Of a DNA stretch of 64,000 nucleotides, positions 19,555-29,278 are shown piece after piece. The stretch is taken from positions 97,404-161,403 of the forward strand of contig JBKCOJ010000005.1 of the NCBI GenBank assembly GCA_046309815.1. The letters are read 5' to 3'. Every line of letters starts with the position of its first letter. Positions within the stretch are counted from its first letter, which is position 1. A program made the position numbers and the translations under genes. This DNA comes from Pseudomonadota bacterium. Lineage in GTDB: Bacteria > Pseudomonadota > Alphaproteobacteria > Paracaedibacterales > CAITNM01. Under the pieces are notes generated by a model. The model was given only the letters and a program-made list of their open reading frames with translations, had not been told where the DNA came from and ran no database searches.

Positions 19555-20763
19555 ATGCAGTTTTTAAAGTTTTTATTCATTTTATTTTTTAGCTTTATTA
19601 CCACTAATAATGCAGAAGCAAAGGTTAAAAAAAATCCAGCACAAATTGCCAAAAAAAAGGAATCAAAAGAAAAAAATATTCTAGAGCCATATGGTGTTGA
19701 AGTTAACTCCACTCACGCCCTTTTAGTAGATCACCAAACCGGTAAAATTTTGCTTGAAAAAAATGCTAATCAGTCATTCGAGCCAGCGTCTATGACAAAA
19801 ATCATGACTGCTTATATGGTAATGAAGGCGCTAAAAGAAGGGAGGATTAAACCTGAGTCACTCGTTACTATCTCAAGTAATGCACGCAGCATCGAAAAGG
19901 GTAGTAGTGATATGTTCTTGGAAATTGGTGATCAAGTTAGCGTTCAAGACCTTTTGATGGGACTGATAATCGTCTCGGGAAATGACGCAGCCATTGCTTT
20001 AGCAGAATATCTAAGCGGCACACAAAGTGCCTTCGCATCTGACATGAATTATGTTGCAAAAGAATTAGGTTGCTCTCAAACAGAATTTAAAAATGCTAGT
20101 GGATTACCAGAAGAAGGACACCTTACAACAGCCCATGACTTAATTATTATGAGCCAAAAAACGCTTGAAGATTTTCCAGAATGGTACAGTATTCATAAAG
20201 AATTAAAGTTTAAATATAGAAATATAGAACAACCTAACAGGAACCTCTTACTGAATAAGAATATAGGATGCGATGGAGTTAAAACAGGATTCGCTTCAAA
20301 ACCTGGTTATGGAATGGTTGCCTCTGCTGTGCAGAATGGACGCAGATTGTTTTTAGTTGTAACAGGTTTACACACAATGAAAGAACGCGCCGACGAGGCT
20401 TATCGCTTACTACAATGGGGATTTGGTACATTTGGAAATTACACCATCATGCCAGAAGGTAAATCTATACTTGAAATTCCTGTTCGTTATGGCTCACAAG
20501 AAATGGTGGAAATAATTGCTGATCAGCATCTATTAACTCTTCATCGTAATCGCATCCATCAAATAAAAGCTGCCATTAAATATCGAACTGTTTTAGAATC
20601 ACCCTTTAAAGCAGGAACCCAGGTGGGTGAAGTCATACTTACGCACCCCGATTGGCAAGAGAAAGTTATTATTCCATTAGTGGCAAAAAAGGATATTTCA
20701 AGAGCATCTTTTTTAAGTAGAATAGGTCAGACGCTAAAATATCTTTTTCAAAAGGATTCCTAA
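19555..20763 (+). CDS. dacC: D-alanyl-D-alanine carboxypeptidase (S11, PBP5/6-like) with C-terminal beta-sandwich domain
   Basis: Signal peptide; SMTK (SxxK), SGN and KTG motifs; rlpA-dac adjacency. Confidence 0.9.
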   Translation: MQFLKFLFILFFSFITTNNAEAKVKKNPAQIAKKKESKEKNILEPYGVEVNSTHALLVDHQTGKILLEKNANQSFEPASMTKIMTAYMVMKALKEGRIKPESLVTISSNARSIEKGSSDMFLEIGDQVSVQDLLMGLIIVSGNDAAIALAEYLSGTQSAFASDMNYVAKELGCSQTEFKNASGLPEEGHLTTAHDLIIMSQKTLEDFPEWYSIHKELKFKYRNIEQPNRNLLLNKNIGCDGVKTGFASKPGYGMVASAVQNGRRLFLVVTGLHTMKERADEAYRLLQWGFGTFGNYTIMPEGKSILEIPVRYGSQEMVEIIADQHLLTLHRNRIHQIKAAIKYRTVLESPFKAGTQVGEVILTHPDWQEKVIIPLVAKKDISRASFLSRIGQTLKYLFQKDS

Positions 20764-21851
20764 TGAGACCTTTTTTTAGTTCTGGCCCATGCGTTAAGCA
20801 CGCTGGCTGGTCTTTAGAACAATTAAATCGCCCTTTTATAAACAGGTCTCATCGCAGCGATATTGCAAAAAAACATCTGAAATCTATTATTGATCGCCAA
20901 CAAAAACTTTTAAATATACCTGATGATTATAAATTAGCTATTGTGCCCGCCTCTGCCACAGGAGCGATGGAAATGGCCATGTGGTGCTTTTTAGGAAGTC
21001 GCGATGTTGACGTACACGTTATGGATGTTTTCAGTAAAATTTGGGCTTATGATATTGAACGCCAGCTTAAAGTTCACACGCATATTTTTGAAGCTGAGTA
21101 CGGCAATCTTCCGCAAATGCATCACAACCCTAACCATGATTTAGTAATAGCCATCAGCGCTACAACTACTGGTGTTGCTTATCCACACACTGATTGGATT
21201 TTTAACGATCGACAAGGATTAGTTATTGTAGATGCAACAGCAGCAGCTTTTTGCTTTGATATACCTTTTGAGAAATTTGATGTTGTGGCTTTTTCCTGGC
21301 AAAAAGGATTAGGAAGTGAAGCCGCCCATGGAATGCTTGCTCTTAGCCCACGGGCGTTGGAGCAGCTTGAAACCTATATACCGCCACGACCAATTCCGCG
21401 AATTATGAGCTTATGGCTAGATGATAAAGTAAACTATGGAGTTTTTGAGGGCCTCACCCTAAATACACCTTCAATGTTATCGCTAGCTGATGTGGAATGC
21501 GCACTTGATTGGGCAGAAACTCTAGGGGGCGCAAAAGCTTTATATAAAAAATCAGCAGACAATGTATCTTTTCTATATGATTGGATTTTAAGAACTCCCA
21601 ATTTATCTCCGATGACAACGAAAGATATTCAGGCAAAAGGTGGAGCAGTTTGCTTTTTCGTGAATATATTCACTGCTTTTGATGAATATCGTGCTTTTGC
21701 AAAAAGCGTAGCTGATGAAAAGCTTCTTTTTGATATTGTTAATCATGCTCATTCAAAACCAAGCTTTAGAATTTGGTGCGGGCCAACCGTTGAAAAAAAT
21801 GATCTGATGCAGCTGACTAAAATTTTTGAAGAAAAACTCGTTAACTCCTAG
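20763..21851 (+). CDS. serC: Phosphoserine aminotransferase (short type)
   Basis: Class-V aminotransferase with FSWQKGLGSEAAHGMLALSPRA (PLP lysine). The start overlaps the dac stop (TAATG). Confidence 0.85.
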   Translation: MRPFFSSGPCVKHAGWSLEQLNRPFINRSHRSDIAKKHLKSIIDRQQKLLNIPDDYKLAIVPASATGAMEMAMWCFLGSRDVDVHVMDVFSKIWAYDIERQLKVHTHIFEAEYGNLPQMHHNPNHDLVIAISATTTGVAYPHTDWIFNDRQGLVIVDATAAAFCFDIPFEKFDVVAFSWQKGLGSEAAHGMLALSPRALEQLETYIPPRPIPRIMSLWLDDKVNYGVFEGLTLNTPSMLSLADVECALDWAETLGGAKALYKKSADNVSFLYDWILRTPNLSPMTTKDIQAKGGAVCFFVNIFTAFDEYRAFAKSVADEKLLFDIVNHAHSKPSFRIWCGPTVEKNDLMQLTKIFEEKLVNS

Positions 21852-24210
21852 ACTTTGCTTTTGCTTTAAAACCGCTCGTCCTTGGTGAATTACGCTTTTT
21901 CTCTATAATAGCGATAGCCTCCTCCAAAGTAATCTCCATAAAGTTATACGCCCTAGGAATTGAGGTGAATGCTCCTTGATACTTTAAATAAGGACCAAAT
22001 CGACCAATCCCCACTAAAATATCCTCTTTAGTTTCAGGATCTTTACCAATGAGTGCAGGCAAAGACGCAAGCTTAAGTGCTTGATCTAACGATAATGAAT
22101 AAGGATCAAAACCTGGGGGTATACTAACTCTTTTAGGCTTTTTGACGTCTTTTTGCTCCCATTGCAAATAAGGACCATATGGACCTTTACGTATTGTTAT
22201 ATCAACCTTTAGCTCAGGATCTTGCCCTAATACCATTACATCACTTACTTCTTGCATACCTTCTTCTGTACTCGCACTGCCATTAAGAGATTTTGTGTAT
22301 TTACAATCAGGATAACGATTACATCCAAGGAAAGGACCAAATTTGCTTAGCTTTAAAGAAAGCTGCCCTTCATTACATGTAGGACACGCCCTCGGATTTT
22401 CCTTGGACATATCAAACAAAGATGCTTCAAGATCTTTTTGCACATCATCAAGGACTTGACTGATTTTTAGAGGCTCAGCTTGCTTAACTGTATCGTGAAA
22501 AGGCATCCAGAAAGCATTCATTACATCTATCCATTGGCGTTTTCCACCTGATATATCATCAAGTTGCTCTTCAAGATCTGCTGTAAAGTCATACTGAATA
22601 TATTTTGGGAAATAATGATTCAAAAAAGAGGTTACTAACCTTCCACGTTGATCTGGGTGAAATTGTCGTTTTTCAATACGTACATAGTCACGATCTTGAA
22701 GTGTTTGAATCAAAGAAACATATGTTGACGGACGGCCAATACCTAACTCTTCAAGTTTCTTCACAAGGCTTGCTTCTGTATAGCGTGGAGGCGGTTGTGT
22801 GAAGTGTTGCTCTGGCGTAACGGAATTAATATTGATTGCTTCACCAACATTTAGCTGCGGTAACAAAAGTTCATCGTCTTCATCGGTCGTTTTTTCATCT
22901 TTATTTTCTTGGTCTTTACCTTCTTGATAAAGCTTTAAAAAGCCGTCAAACACAAGCGTAGAACCGGTAGCTCGCAATGTCGTTTGTTTGTCTTGCGAAA
23001 TAATATCTACCCCTACTTGATCAAACAATGCATTTTCCATTTGGCTTGCAACTGTCCTCTTCCAAATCAGCTCATAAAGTTTTAATTGGCCCTCATCAAG
23101 ATAGGAAGATATTGATTTTGGAGTACGCACAACGTCGGTTGGACGAATTGCTTCATGTGCTTCTTGTGCATTCTTCGCTTTGCTTTTATATAAGCGCGGC
23201 GAAGCGGGCAGATATTGCTTACCAAAATCTTTCTCAATAAATTCTCTTGCACCACTTAACGCTTCATTTGAAAGATTTACGCTATCTGTACGCATATAGG
23301 TAACCAAACCTATAGTCTCTCCACCAACATCAACACCTTCATAAAGACGTTGTGCAATTTGCATGGTTTTCTTCGGGCTAAAACCTAGCTTTCTTGATGC
23401 TTCTTGTTGTAATGTTGAGGTTGTAAAAGGTGCAGCTGGATTACGTTTTACTTGTTTCTTTTCAATATCCGCTACGCTAAATGCTGACTGTTCAATTATC
23501 TTTGCTGCTGCTGTAGCTGTTTCTTCGTTTGGCAGATCAAACTTCTCTAATTTTTTGCCGTGCAAATAAGTAAGCTTAGCAAGAAAATTTGCATTTGTAT
23601 TATGTGCGCATTGCGTTTCAACGGACCAATATTCTTGAGTTTTAAAAGCTTCTATTTCCTGTTCACGCTCAACAATTAAACGCAAGGCCACAGATTGTAC
23701 ACGGCCAGCAGAACGAGCACCTGGTAATTTTCTCCATAAAATAGGCGATAAAGTAAAACCAACTAGATAATCTAGAGCTCGACGCGCTAAATACGCATCA
23801 ACTAATTCTTTATTCACATCTCTTGGAGCTTTTAAGGCTTCCTGTACGGCTTTTTTAGTGATCTCGTTAAACACAATCCGTTGTACGTTTAAGCCTTTGG
23901 TTGCTTTCATTTCATCCAGCACTTGTTGAATATGCCAAGAAATAGCTTCTCCTTCACGATCCGGGTCGGTTGCAAGAAGAAGATTTTTTGCGCCCTTCAT
24001 GGAAGCAATAATATCTTTCATACGCTTCTTGCCCTGATCATCAAGCTCCCAGATCATGGCAAAATTGTCCGCTGGATTTACTGATCCATTTTTTGATGGT
24101 AAATCGCGCACATGCCCATAACTCGCTATGACCTTGTAATCACTTCCTAGGTACTTATTAATAGTCTTAGCTTTTGAGGGGGACTCAACGATAACGACAC
24201 TTTGCGTCAA
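21841..24210 (-). CDS. topA: DNA topoisomerase I
   Basis: Toprim N-terminus VVIVESPSKAKTINKYLG, a C-terminal Zn-finger-like CPTC...C..C, 789 aa, TTG start. Confidence 0.95.
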   Translation of the reverse strand: MTQSVVIVESPSKAKTINKYLGSDYKVIASYGHVRDLPSKNGSVNPADNFAMIWELDDQGKKRMKDIIASMKGAKNLLLATDPDREGEAISWHIQQVLDEMKATKGLNVQRIVFNEITKKAVQEALKAPRDVNKELVDAYLARRALDYLVGFTLSPILWRKLPGARSAGRVQSVALRLIVEREQEIEAFKTQEYWSVETQCAHNTNANFLAKLTYLHGKKLEKFDLPNEETATAAAKIIEQSAFSVADIEKKQVKRNPAAPFTTSTLQQEASRKLGFSPKKTMQIAQRLYEGVDVGGETIGLVTYMRTDSVNLSNEALSGAREFIEKDFGKQYLPASPRLYKSKAKNAQEAHEAIRPTDVVRTPKSISSYLDEGQLKLYELIWKRTVASQMENALFDQVGVDIISQDKQTTLRATGSTLVFDGFLKLYQEGKDQENKDEKTTDEDDELLLPQLNVGEAININSVTPEQHFTQPPPRYTEASLVKKLEELGIGRPSTYVSLIQTLQDRDYVRIEKRQFHPDQRGRLVTSFLNHYFPKYIQYDFTADLEEQLDDISGGKRQWIDVMNAFWMPFHDTVKQAEPLKISQVLDDVQKDLEASLFDMSKENPRACPTCNEGQLSLKLSKFGPFLGCNRYPDCKYTKSLNGSASTEEGMQEVSDVMVLGQDPELKVDITIRKGPYGPYLQWEQKDVKKPKRVSIPPGFDPYSLSLDQALKLASLPALIGKDPETKEDILVGIGRFGPYLKYQGAFTSIPRAYNFMEITLEEAIAIIEKKRNSPRTSGFKAKAKSRS

Positions 24211-24394
24211 TGAAACCTCTATTTTTTAAATTTTTAATAAATTTATCCTTTTCAGGTGTGCACTTTAGCAAGACCTACATCTCATGACAAGTATTACATT
24301 AGCGACGTCGAAAGAAATAATTCACAAGTAAAATGCTAACAGAGTATTTCCCAAATATAAATGCGATTTTCTTAAATGCAATAAAAAATTTATT

Positions 24395-24410
24395 AATTGC
24401 GATCGCAATT
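24395..24410. repeat. Perfect 16-bp palindrome AATTGCGATCGCAATT
   Basis: Read directly. It lies 8 nt downstream of the GNAT stop and about 185 nt upstream of the topA start. Confidence 0.9.
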
Positions 24411-24417
24411 TATAATA

Positions 24418-25161
24418 TTAAAAGATAAAGAATTGTTTGTCGCAAGCATAAAGCGGCAACTGTCCTGTCTGAGTAAAACCCAAATGTTGATATAAATTCA
24501 AGCTTGGTGTCATATTATGAGCCACTATTATTTTTTTTCCCAAAGTTTTTGCCATGTTCATTTGGTATTTTGCAAGCTCTGTTCCGATACCCTTATTTCT
24601 AAAATTAGGAAAAACACCAATCCAATATGAGCCAGCTTCACCCCCAATAAGAGAAAGCATCGCACATCCCACCGGCACCTCCTCAACATAGGCTAAAAGC
24701 AAGTGTGTTTTGGAAGAATTCAAAACAGGCTTTAAAAAATTAAAAGCTAACATTTTATGATGACTAAAAACTTGAGAGGAAATTTCATCAAATATTAATA
24801 GTTCGTCTTCTTTTTCTATATTTCTTATCTTCATAAGAAGGCTTGGAGTATATTCAAAATTTTGCAAATCTTTAAAACTAGCCGTTACTAAGTCTATATT
24901 ATGCAAACCTTGTTCTTGGACGAATTGCTCAAAATCCACTTCCATTTGTTTTGATGGTAAGCACATAAAAGGAATATTTCGGCTTTTTAATTGATTAATT
25001 TTTGCATGATTTTTTGTATCAAAACGCACAAAATTAAATACTGGCGATAAATAACCGCTAATAACGCTCAAATCTGGAGGCATTGTAATATCTGATCCAT
25101 TTAAGCCACCTATATACTGGAATGTTTCCATAAGATGATTGAAGATTTGGTGCTTATTCAT
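24418..25161 (-). CDS. GNAT family N-acetyltransferase (degenerate N-terminal half plus C-terminal GNAT core)
   Basis: C-terminal core GVFPNFRNKGIGTELAKYQMNMAK...LYQHLGF (acetyl-CoA binding Q/RxxGxG/A type). Confidence 0.8.
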   Translation of the reverse strand: MNKHQIFNHLMETFQYIGGLNGSDITMPPDLSVISGYLSPVFNFVRFDTKNHAKINQLKSRNIPFMCLPSKQMEVDFEQFVQEQGLHNIDLVTASFKDLQNFEYTPSLLMKIRNIEKEDELLIFDEISSQVFSHHKMLAFNFLKPVLNSSKTHLLLAYVEEVPVGCAMLSLIGGEAGSYWIGVFPNFRNKGIGTELAKYQMNMAKTLGKKIIVAHNMTPSLNLYQHLGFTQTGQLPLYACDKQFFIF

Positions 25162-25230
25162 AAAAATTCTTCGTTTTTAATTACTACCAAAAACTAACAA
25201 TAAGCCTAGAGTAAAAGCTGTCCGGAAATT

Positions 25231-25980
25231 TTACTTACATGCTTGCAAAAGTTCGCGTAACTTTCGCTTATTACTAAAGCCACTTCTTGATTTAATGCGG
25301 TTTAAATAAGTTTCCACAGTTCTAGAAGAAAGATCGCACATGTTAGCAATTTCTTTATGCGAAAATCCTTGAAGTCTAAGCGTTAAGCACTTTAATTCCT
25401 GTGGTGTAATATGAACATTTCCAAAGCTACGACGTTGGTCCCCTTTCAAACACATTTTTTGATAATTAATATCTCTATTCTGCTCTGGAAGGAAAATTGG
25501 ATTCTTTACTATTGCCTGAAAAAGATCTGGTGCATGCATTGGAAAATTTATCATAAACGTCTTTATGGTCTCTAAATGACTCATATAGTAAGAGGAAGAG
25601 CTAGAAGATGCTTCTGACATTGCAACAGCAATCATATCATAATAATCAGGATATCTTTTCACCAAGGTAAGCCCATGATTCCAGTTTTTTTCTTCTTTTG
25701 CCAAAACTATAGGCTCTCGAGGTAATTTTTCATCCCATAAAAACCAATATGATTGCTCCTTTGCCATGGAAGAAAAAACCACTGGCTTATCAATATAAGA
25801 AGAATTAATAAATTTCAAAAATAAGCTTGGGTCACTCAATAAACAAGCAATACTACCATCCCTATAGCAGCGCAAATATTGAAAATAATTTAAATTATAT
25901 GTTTTAAAAAAATCATTGGAAGACTCTTTAACTTTTGGCCCTAATTGCAAAAGAGGATGATTATTCGCTATTTTAATCAT
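25231..25980 (-). CDS. LuxR-family transcriptional regulator (ligand-binding-like N-domain plus C-terminal HTH)
   Basis: C-terminal LTPQELKCLTLRLQGFSHKEIANMCDLSSRTVETYLNRIKSR (GerE/LuxR HTH). The N-terminal region (FQYLRCYRDGSIACLLSDP...) resembles autoinducer-binding-like sensor domains. Confidence 0.85.
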   Translation of the reverse strand: MIKIANNHPLLQLGPKVKESSNDFFKTYNLNYFQYLRCYRDGSIACLLSDPSLFLKFINSSYIDKPVVFSSMAKEQSYWFLWDEKLPREPIVLAKEEKNWNHGLTLVKRYPDYYDMIAVAMSEASSSSSSYYMSHLETIKTFMINFPMHAPDLFQAIVKNPIFLPEQNRDINYQKMCLKGDQRRSFGNVHITPQELKCLTLRLQGFSHKEIANMCDLSSRTVETYLNRIKSRSGFSNKRKLRELLQACK

Positions 25981-26014
25981 AAATTTATAAAATAACTCTC
26001 AATAAAACAAAGAA

Positions 26015-26041
26015 TAAAAAAAGCTCGCTAAAAAAGCGAGC
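26015..26041 (-). terminator. Rho-independent terminator after rpsT
   Basis: Minus strand gctcgc-tttttta-gcgagc followed by a T run. Confidence 0.75.
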
Positions 26042-26068
26042 CTAGTTTTTAAGCATTTATCTGTATAC

Positions 26069-26350
26069 TTAGGAAGCTATAGCTTTTAAGCGCGCAACCA
26101 AACGAGAAACTTTTCTTGCGACAAGATTTTTATGAATAATACCTGTTTTAGCAACCTTCATCATTGCGCTCTCTGCAGCAATAACAGCTGCTTTAGCCTC
26201 ATCAAAAGAAACTGCTGGTACGTTATGCATTCCCAAAGCTAGCTCAGCATTTTTTACAAAAGTACGCATGCGAGTCATACGATTGCGGTTCACCCCAGTA
26301 CGACGAGCTGTTTGACGAATAGCTTTTTTTGAGTTTTTATGATTTGCCAT
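26069..26350 (-). CDS. rpsT: 30S ribosomal protein S20
   Basis: MANHKNSKKAIRQTARRTGVNRNRMTRMRTFVK. Confidence 0.95.
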   Translation of the reverse strand: MANHKNSKKAIRQTARRTGVNRNRMTRMRTFVKNAELALGMHNVPAVSFDEAKAAVIAAESAMMKVAKTGIIHKNLVARKVSRLVARLKAIAS

Positions 26351-26379
26351 ACAAAAATTTTATAAATGTCCTAACCGAC

Positions 26380-26408
26380 TTTATAGAAAACCTTTGGGGT
26401 TTCGTCAA
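26380..26408 (-). promoter_or_regulatory. Candidate sigma-70 promoter of rpsT
   Basis: Minus strand TTGACG, a 17-nt spacer, then TATAAA, about 30 nt upstream of the ATG. Confidence 0.4.
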
Positions 26409-26457
26409 GAAAAAAGCACATTTAGAATATTTTGAAAATTTCACGCAAAAAGAAGAA

Positions 26458-26533
26458 TGGCTCCCCGGAACGGACTCGAACCGCTGACCCAGTGGTTAAC
26501 AGCCACTTGCTCTACCGACTGAGCTACCGGGGA
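26458..26533 (-). tRNA. tRNA-Asn (anticodon GTT), CCA encoded
   Basis: 76 nt: TCCCCGG/CCGGGGA acceptor, GCTC..GAGC D-arm, AGTGG-CTGTTAA-CCACT anticodon arm, GGTTCGAGTCC T-loop. Confidence 0.95.
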
Positions 26534-26580
26534 ACGTGTATAATATCTACCACAAAAGCAGAGTGTTGAAAAGACACCGT

Positions 26581-26895
26581 TTAAATATTTGCTTCAATCC
26601 AAGATTTTATTTTCGGTTTTGGGTTTACTCCCACCAAGTTACTGATAGCTTGTCCGTTCTTAAATAGAATCATGGTAGGAATGCTACGTACGCCTAATTT
26701 GCTCGCTGTTTGTTGGTTTTGATCAATATTAACTTTTACGATTTTTGCTTTATTAGCAATTTCTGGCGCTAATTCTTCTAAAATTGGCGTCAGCATCCGG
26801 CACGGACCACACCATTCAGCCCAAAAATCCACAACAACTGGCTCTGAAGAGTTTAAAACTTCTTGATCAAAAGTTCCGTCGGTAACTGCTAACAT
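26581..26895 (-). CDS. trxA: Thioredoxin
   Basis: WAEWCGPCR active site, 104 aa. Confidence 0.95.
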   Translation of the reverse strand: MLAVTDGTFDQEVLNSSEPVVVDFWAEWCGPCRMLTPILEELAPEIANKAKIVKVNIDQNQQTASKLGVRSIPTMILFKNGQAISNLVGVNPKPKIKSWIEANI

Positions 26896-26937
26896 GCATA
26901 TTCTCCTAAAAATAATACTTTATAATTATAGACGTTT

Positions 26938-26966
26938 TTTATAGCTTTTACGAGGACTTTTGACAA
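26938..26966 (-). promoter_or_regulatory. Candidate sigma-70 promoter of trxA
   Basis: Minus strand TTGTCA, a 17-nt spacer, then TATAAA, followed by an AGGAG RBS. Confidence 0.35.
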
Positions 26967-26996
26967 TACTTTAATTCTACCGCGCTATAAGGATTA

Positions 26997-27884
26997 TTAC
27001 GTTTTTATAATATCAATAATTTTCTTCATTGCTTCAAAAGTGAAATTATTTTGATCTAATGTGGGATTATATTCAACAATTTCTAATCCGATACATTTGG
27101 AATTAAATATTACTCCCTTTAAAAACTCTGTAACGTCATCCAGCTCTAAACCTCTTCCTTCTGGAGTTCCTGTTCCTGGGCAATATGCAGGATCTATACC
27201 ATCAATATCAAGACTTATTCCAAAAGAAGGATTCGATTTTAATAAATGCTCCCGGCTTTTTAAAAAATTCTCATAACCGTTATAAGCTTCACGTTCTTTA
27301 TGATAACCAACCTCCACCCCCAAATGCTTAAGAAGCATTTCTTCTTCAATCTCATAACTTCGAATGCCTGTTTGTATCAAAGCATTTGGCTTTAAAACCG
27401 GCGGATTTCGAGCAAGATGTACAAAATCATGATCTCCCTTACCCAGCAATACTGCAGCAGGCATACCATGTGGATTATTTGATACAGTTGTTTCATAAGT
27501 GTGTGCATCCATATGAGCATCGATCCAGAGTAAACCAAAATCACAATTTGCATCCTTCACCCCGCTCCAGGTAGCCATTGCAATCGAATGATCACCACCT
27601 ATAACCAAAAGAAAATTTCCTTGTTGAATGGTCCTTTCTGCTATGTTATGTATCCAACGCCCTACTTGTAGGACGTGATTTCTTCGCTGTTGAATAGGGT
27701 AGTCTTGGCTATTTTGACAAGAATTAAAATGCCAATTGGCAAAATATACCTCTCCTTGAATTCTATGATCATTTAATAAATTATTGAGAAGCTGTTTTTG
27801 CAAAACGGTCATTGCTCCATCAGCTGTCCCAAATTTTCCTGCACCCCATCCTGACGCTGCTAGAATAATAGTTATGTTGCGCAT
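26997..27884 (-). CDS. Arginase/agmatinase/formimidoylglutamase (ureohydrolase) family protein, metal ligands intact
   Basis: GGDHSIA, WIDAHMDAHT and SLDIDGIDP motifs. It overlaps the gltX 3' end by 13 nt. Confidence 0.8.
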   Translation of the reverse strand: MRNITIILAASGWGAGKFGTADGAMTVLQKQLLNNLLNDHRIQGEVYFANWHFNSCQNSQDYPIQQRRNHVLQVGRWIHNIAERTIQQGNFLLVIGGDHSIAMATWSGVKDANCDFGLLWIDAHMDAHTYETTVSNNPHGMPAAVLLGKGDHDFVHLARNPPVLKPNALIQTGIRSYEIEEEMLLKHLGVEVGYHKEREAYNGYENFLKSREHLLKSNPSFGISLDIDGIDPAYCPGTGTPEGRGLELDDVTEFLKGVIFNSKCIGLEIVEYNPTLDQNNFTFEAMKKIIDIIKT

Positions 27885-29212
27885 AATCTTTCTTTAACTT
27901 TGTCACTTCCTATTAATGGTAATAGCATTTTCATTTCTGGACCATGATCCATTGCTGTTAAGGCTTGACGAAGAGGCATAAATAAATCTTTTCCCTTGCG
28001 TCCCGTTTTTTCTTTAATGCTTTGCGTCCAAATTCCCCATGTTTCTTCTGCCCATGAACCTGCTGGCAATAAATCTAGAGCTATTTTCAAGAAATCATTG
28101 TCTGAGCAGGTCCCTCTAATTTTACCAAAAAATATACTCTCCCAAGGCTCAAGATCTTCAATTTTTTCAATATTATCATGCACTGCGCGCCAATGATTCT
28201 CACTAAACTTCTCAAAGCCATTTGTTTTTAAACGCTCTTGAATTTGCGAAAATGGCATTAAATGATAGAGCTTATGATTTAGTGCCCATAAATCTTTTTC
28301 GCTAAATCTTGGGGGAGTACGACTGAAAGTGGATAAGTCAAAAGAGCTCGCCAATTCATTTAAAGTTAATAAAGGTTCAATAGGTAGAGATGTTCCAAGT
28401 CTTGCTAATAAGCAGGCAATAGCCATTGGCTCGACACCAGAATCACGCATTTGACCTAAGCTTAAACTGCCCAAACGTTTTGAAAGTGGAGCACCATCCT
28501 CATCCATCAATAGCGTTGTATGAGCAAACGTTACAGGAAAATCCTTTCCATCATTCACAGCTTTAAAGAGCTGAATTTGTGTTGCTGTATTTGTAACGTG
28601 GTCTTCACCACGAATAATATGACTAATAGAATAGTCAATATCGTCAATTACGGAGCATAAACTATAAAGAAAAACTCCATCAGCTCTGATTAAAACCGGA
28701 TCACTAAGCTGTGCCCCATTATATTTTACTTCACCACGTATTATATCTTGCCAAACAATTGGTTCATGATCTAATTTAAAGCGCCAATGTGGTTTTCGAC
28801 CATCTTTTTCAAAAGCGTCCTTTTCAAGATCTGTCAAAAGAAGAGAAGATCTGTCATAAATAGGAGGCTGACCTTTCGCAAGCTGGCGTTTCCTCTTAAA
28901 ATCAAGCTCTTCGGTAGTTTCATAACACGGATACAATTTACCATTTTTAATCAGCTCTTCTTTAATCTGGTGATATCGTTCAAAACGCTCTGATTGACGG
29001 AATGTCTCGCTATATTTAACACCAAGCCATTCAAAATCTTGATAAATTGCTTTTTCATATTCAGGCTTTGAACGCTCTAGGTCAGTATCATCTATTCTTA
29101 AAATAAAATCTCCCCCATAACGTAATGCATATAAATAATTAATTAGAGCTGCCCTAGCATTACCTATATGCAAATATCCGGTGGGAGAAGGAGCAAAACG
29201 AACACGAACCAT
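27872..29212 (-). CDS. gltX: Glutamate--tRNA ligase
   Basis: VRVRFAPSPTGYLHIGNARAAL (HIGH) and PLSKRLG (KMSKS-like). Confidence 0.95.
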   Translation of the reverse strand: MVRVRFAPSPTGYLHIGNARAALINYLYALRYGGDFILRIDDTDLERSKPEYEKAIYQDFEWLGVKYSETFRQSERFERYHQIKEELIKNGKLYPCYETTEELDFKRKRQLAKGQPPIYDRSSLLLTDLEKDAFEKDGRKPHWRFKLDHEPIVWQDIIRGEVKYNGAQLSDPVLIRADGVFLYSLCSVIDDIDYSISHIIRGEDHVTNTATQIQLFKAVNDGKDFPVTFAHTTLLMDEDGAPLSKRLGSLSLGQMRDSGVEPMAIACLLARLGTSLPIEPLLTLNELASSFDLSTFSRTPPRFSEKDLWALNHKLYHLMPFSQIQERLKTNGFEKFSENHWRAVHDNIEKIEDLEPWESIFFGKIRGTCSDNDFLKIALDLLPAGSWAEETWGIWTQSIKEKTGRKGKDLFMPLRQALTAMDHGPEMKMLLPLIGSDKVKERLCAT

Positions 29213-29278
29213 AGAAAAATAAAAACCATATCAATTTTTTCAGATGCCATATTAGCGAATAATACCAATGATGGCTAC

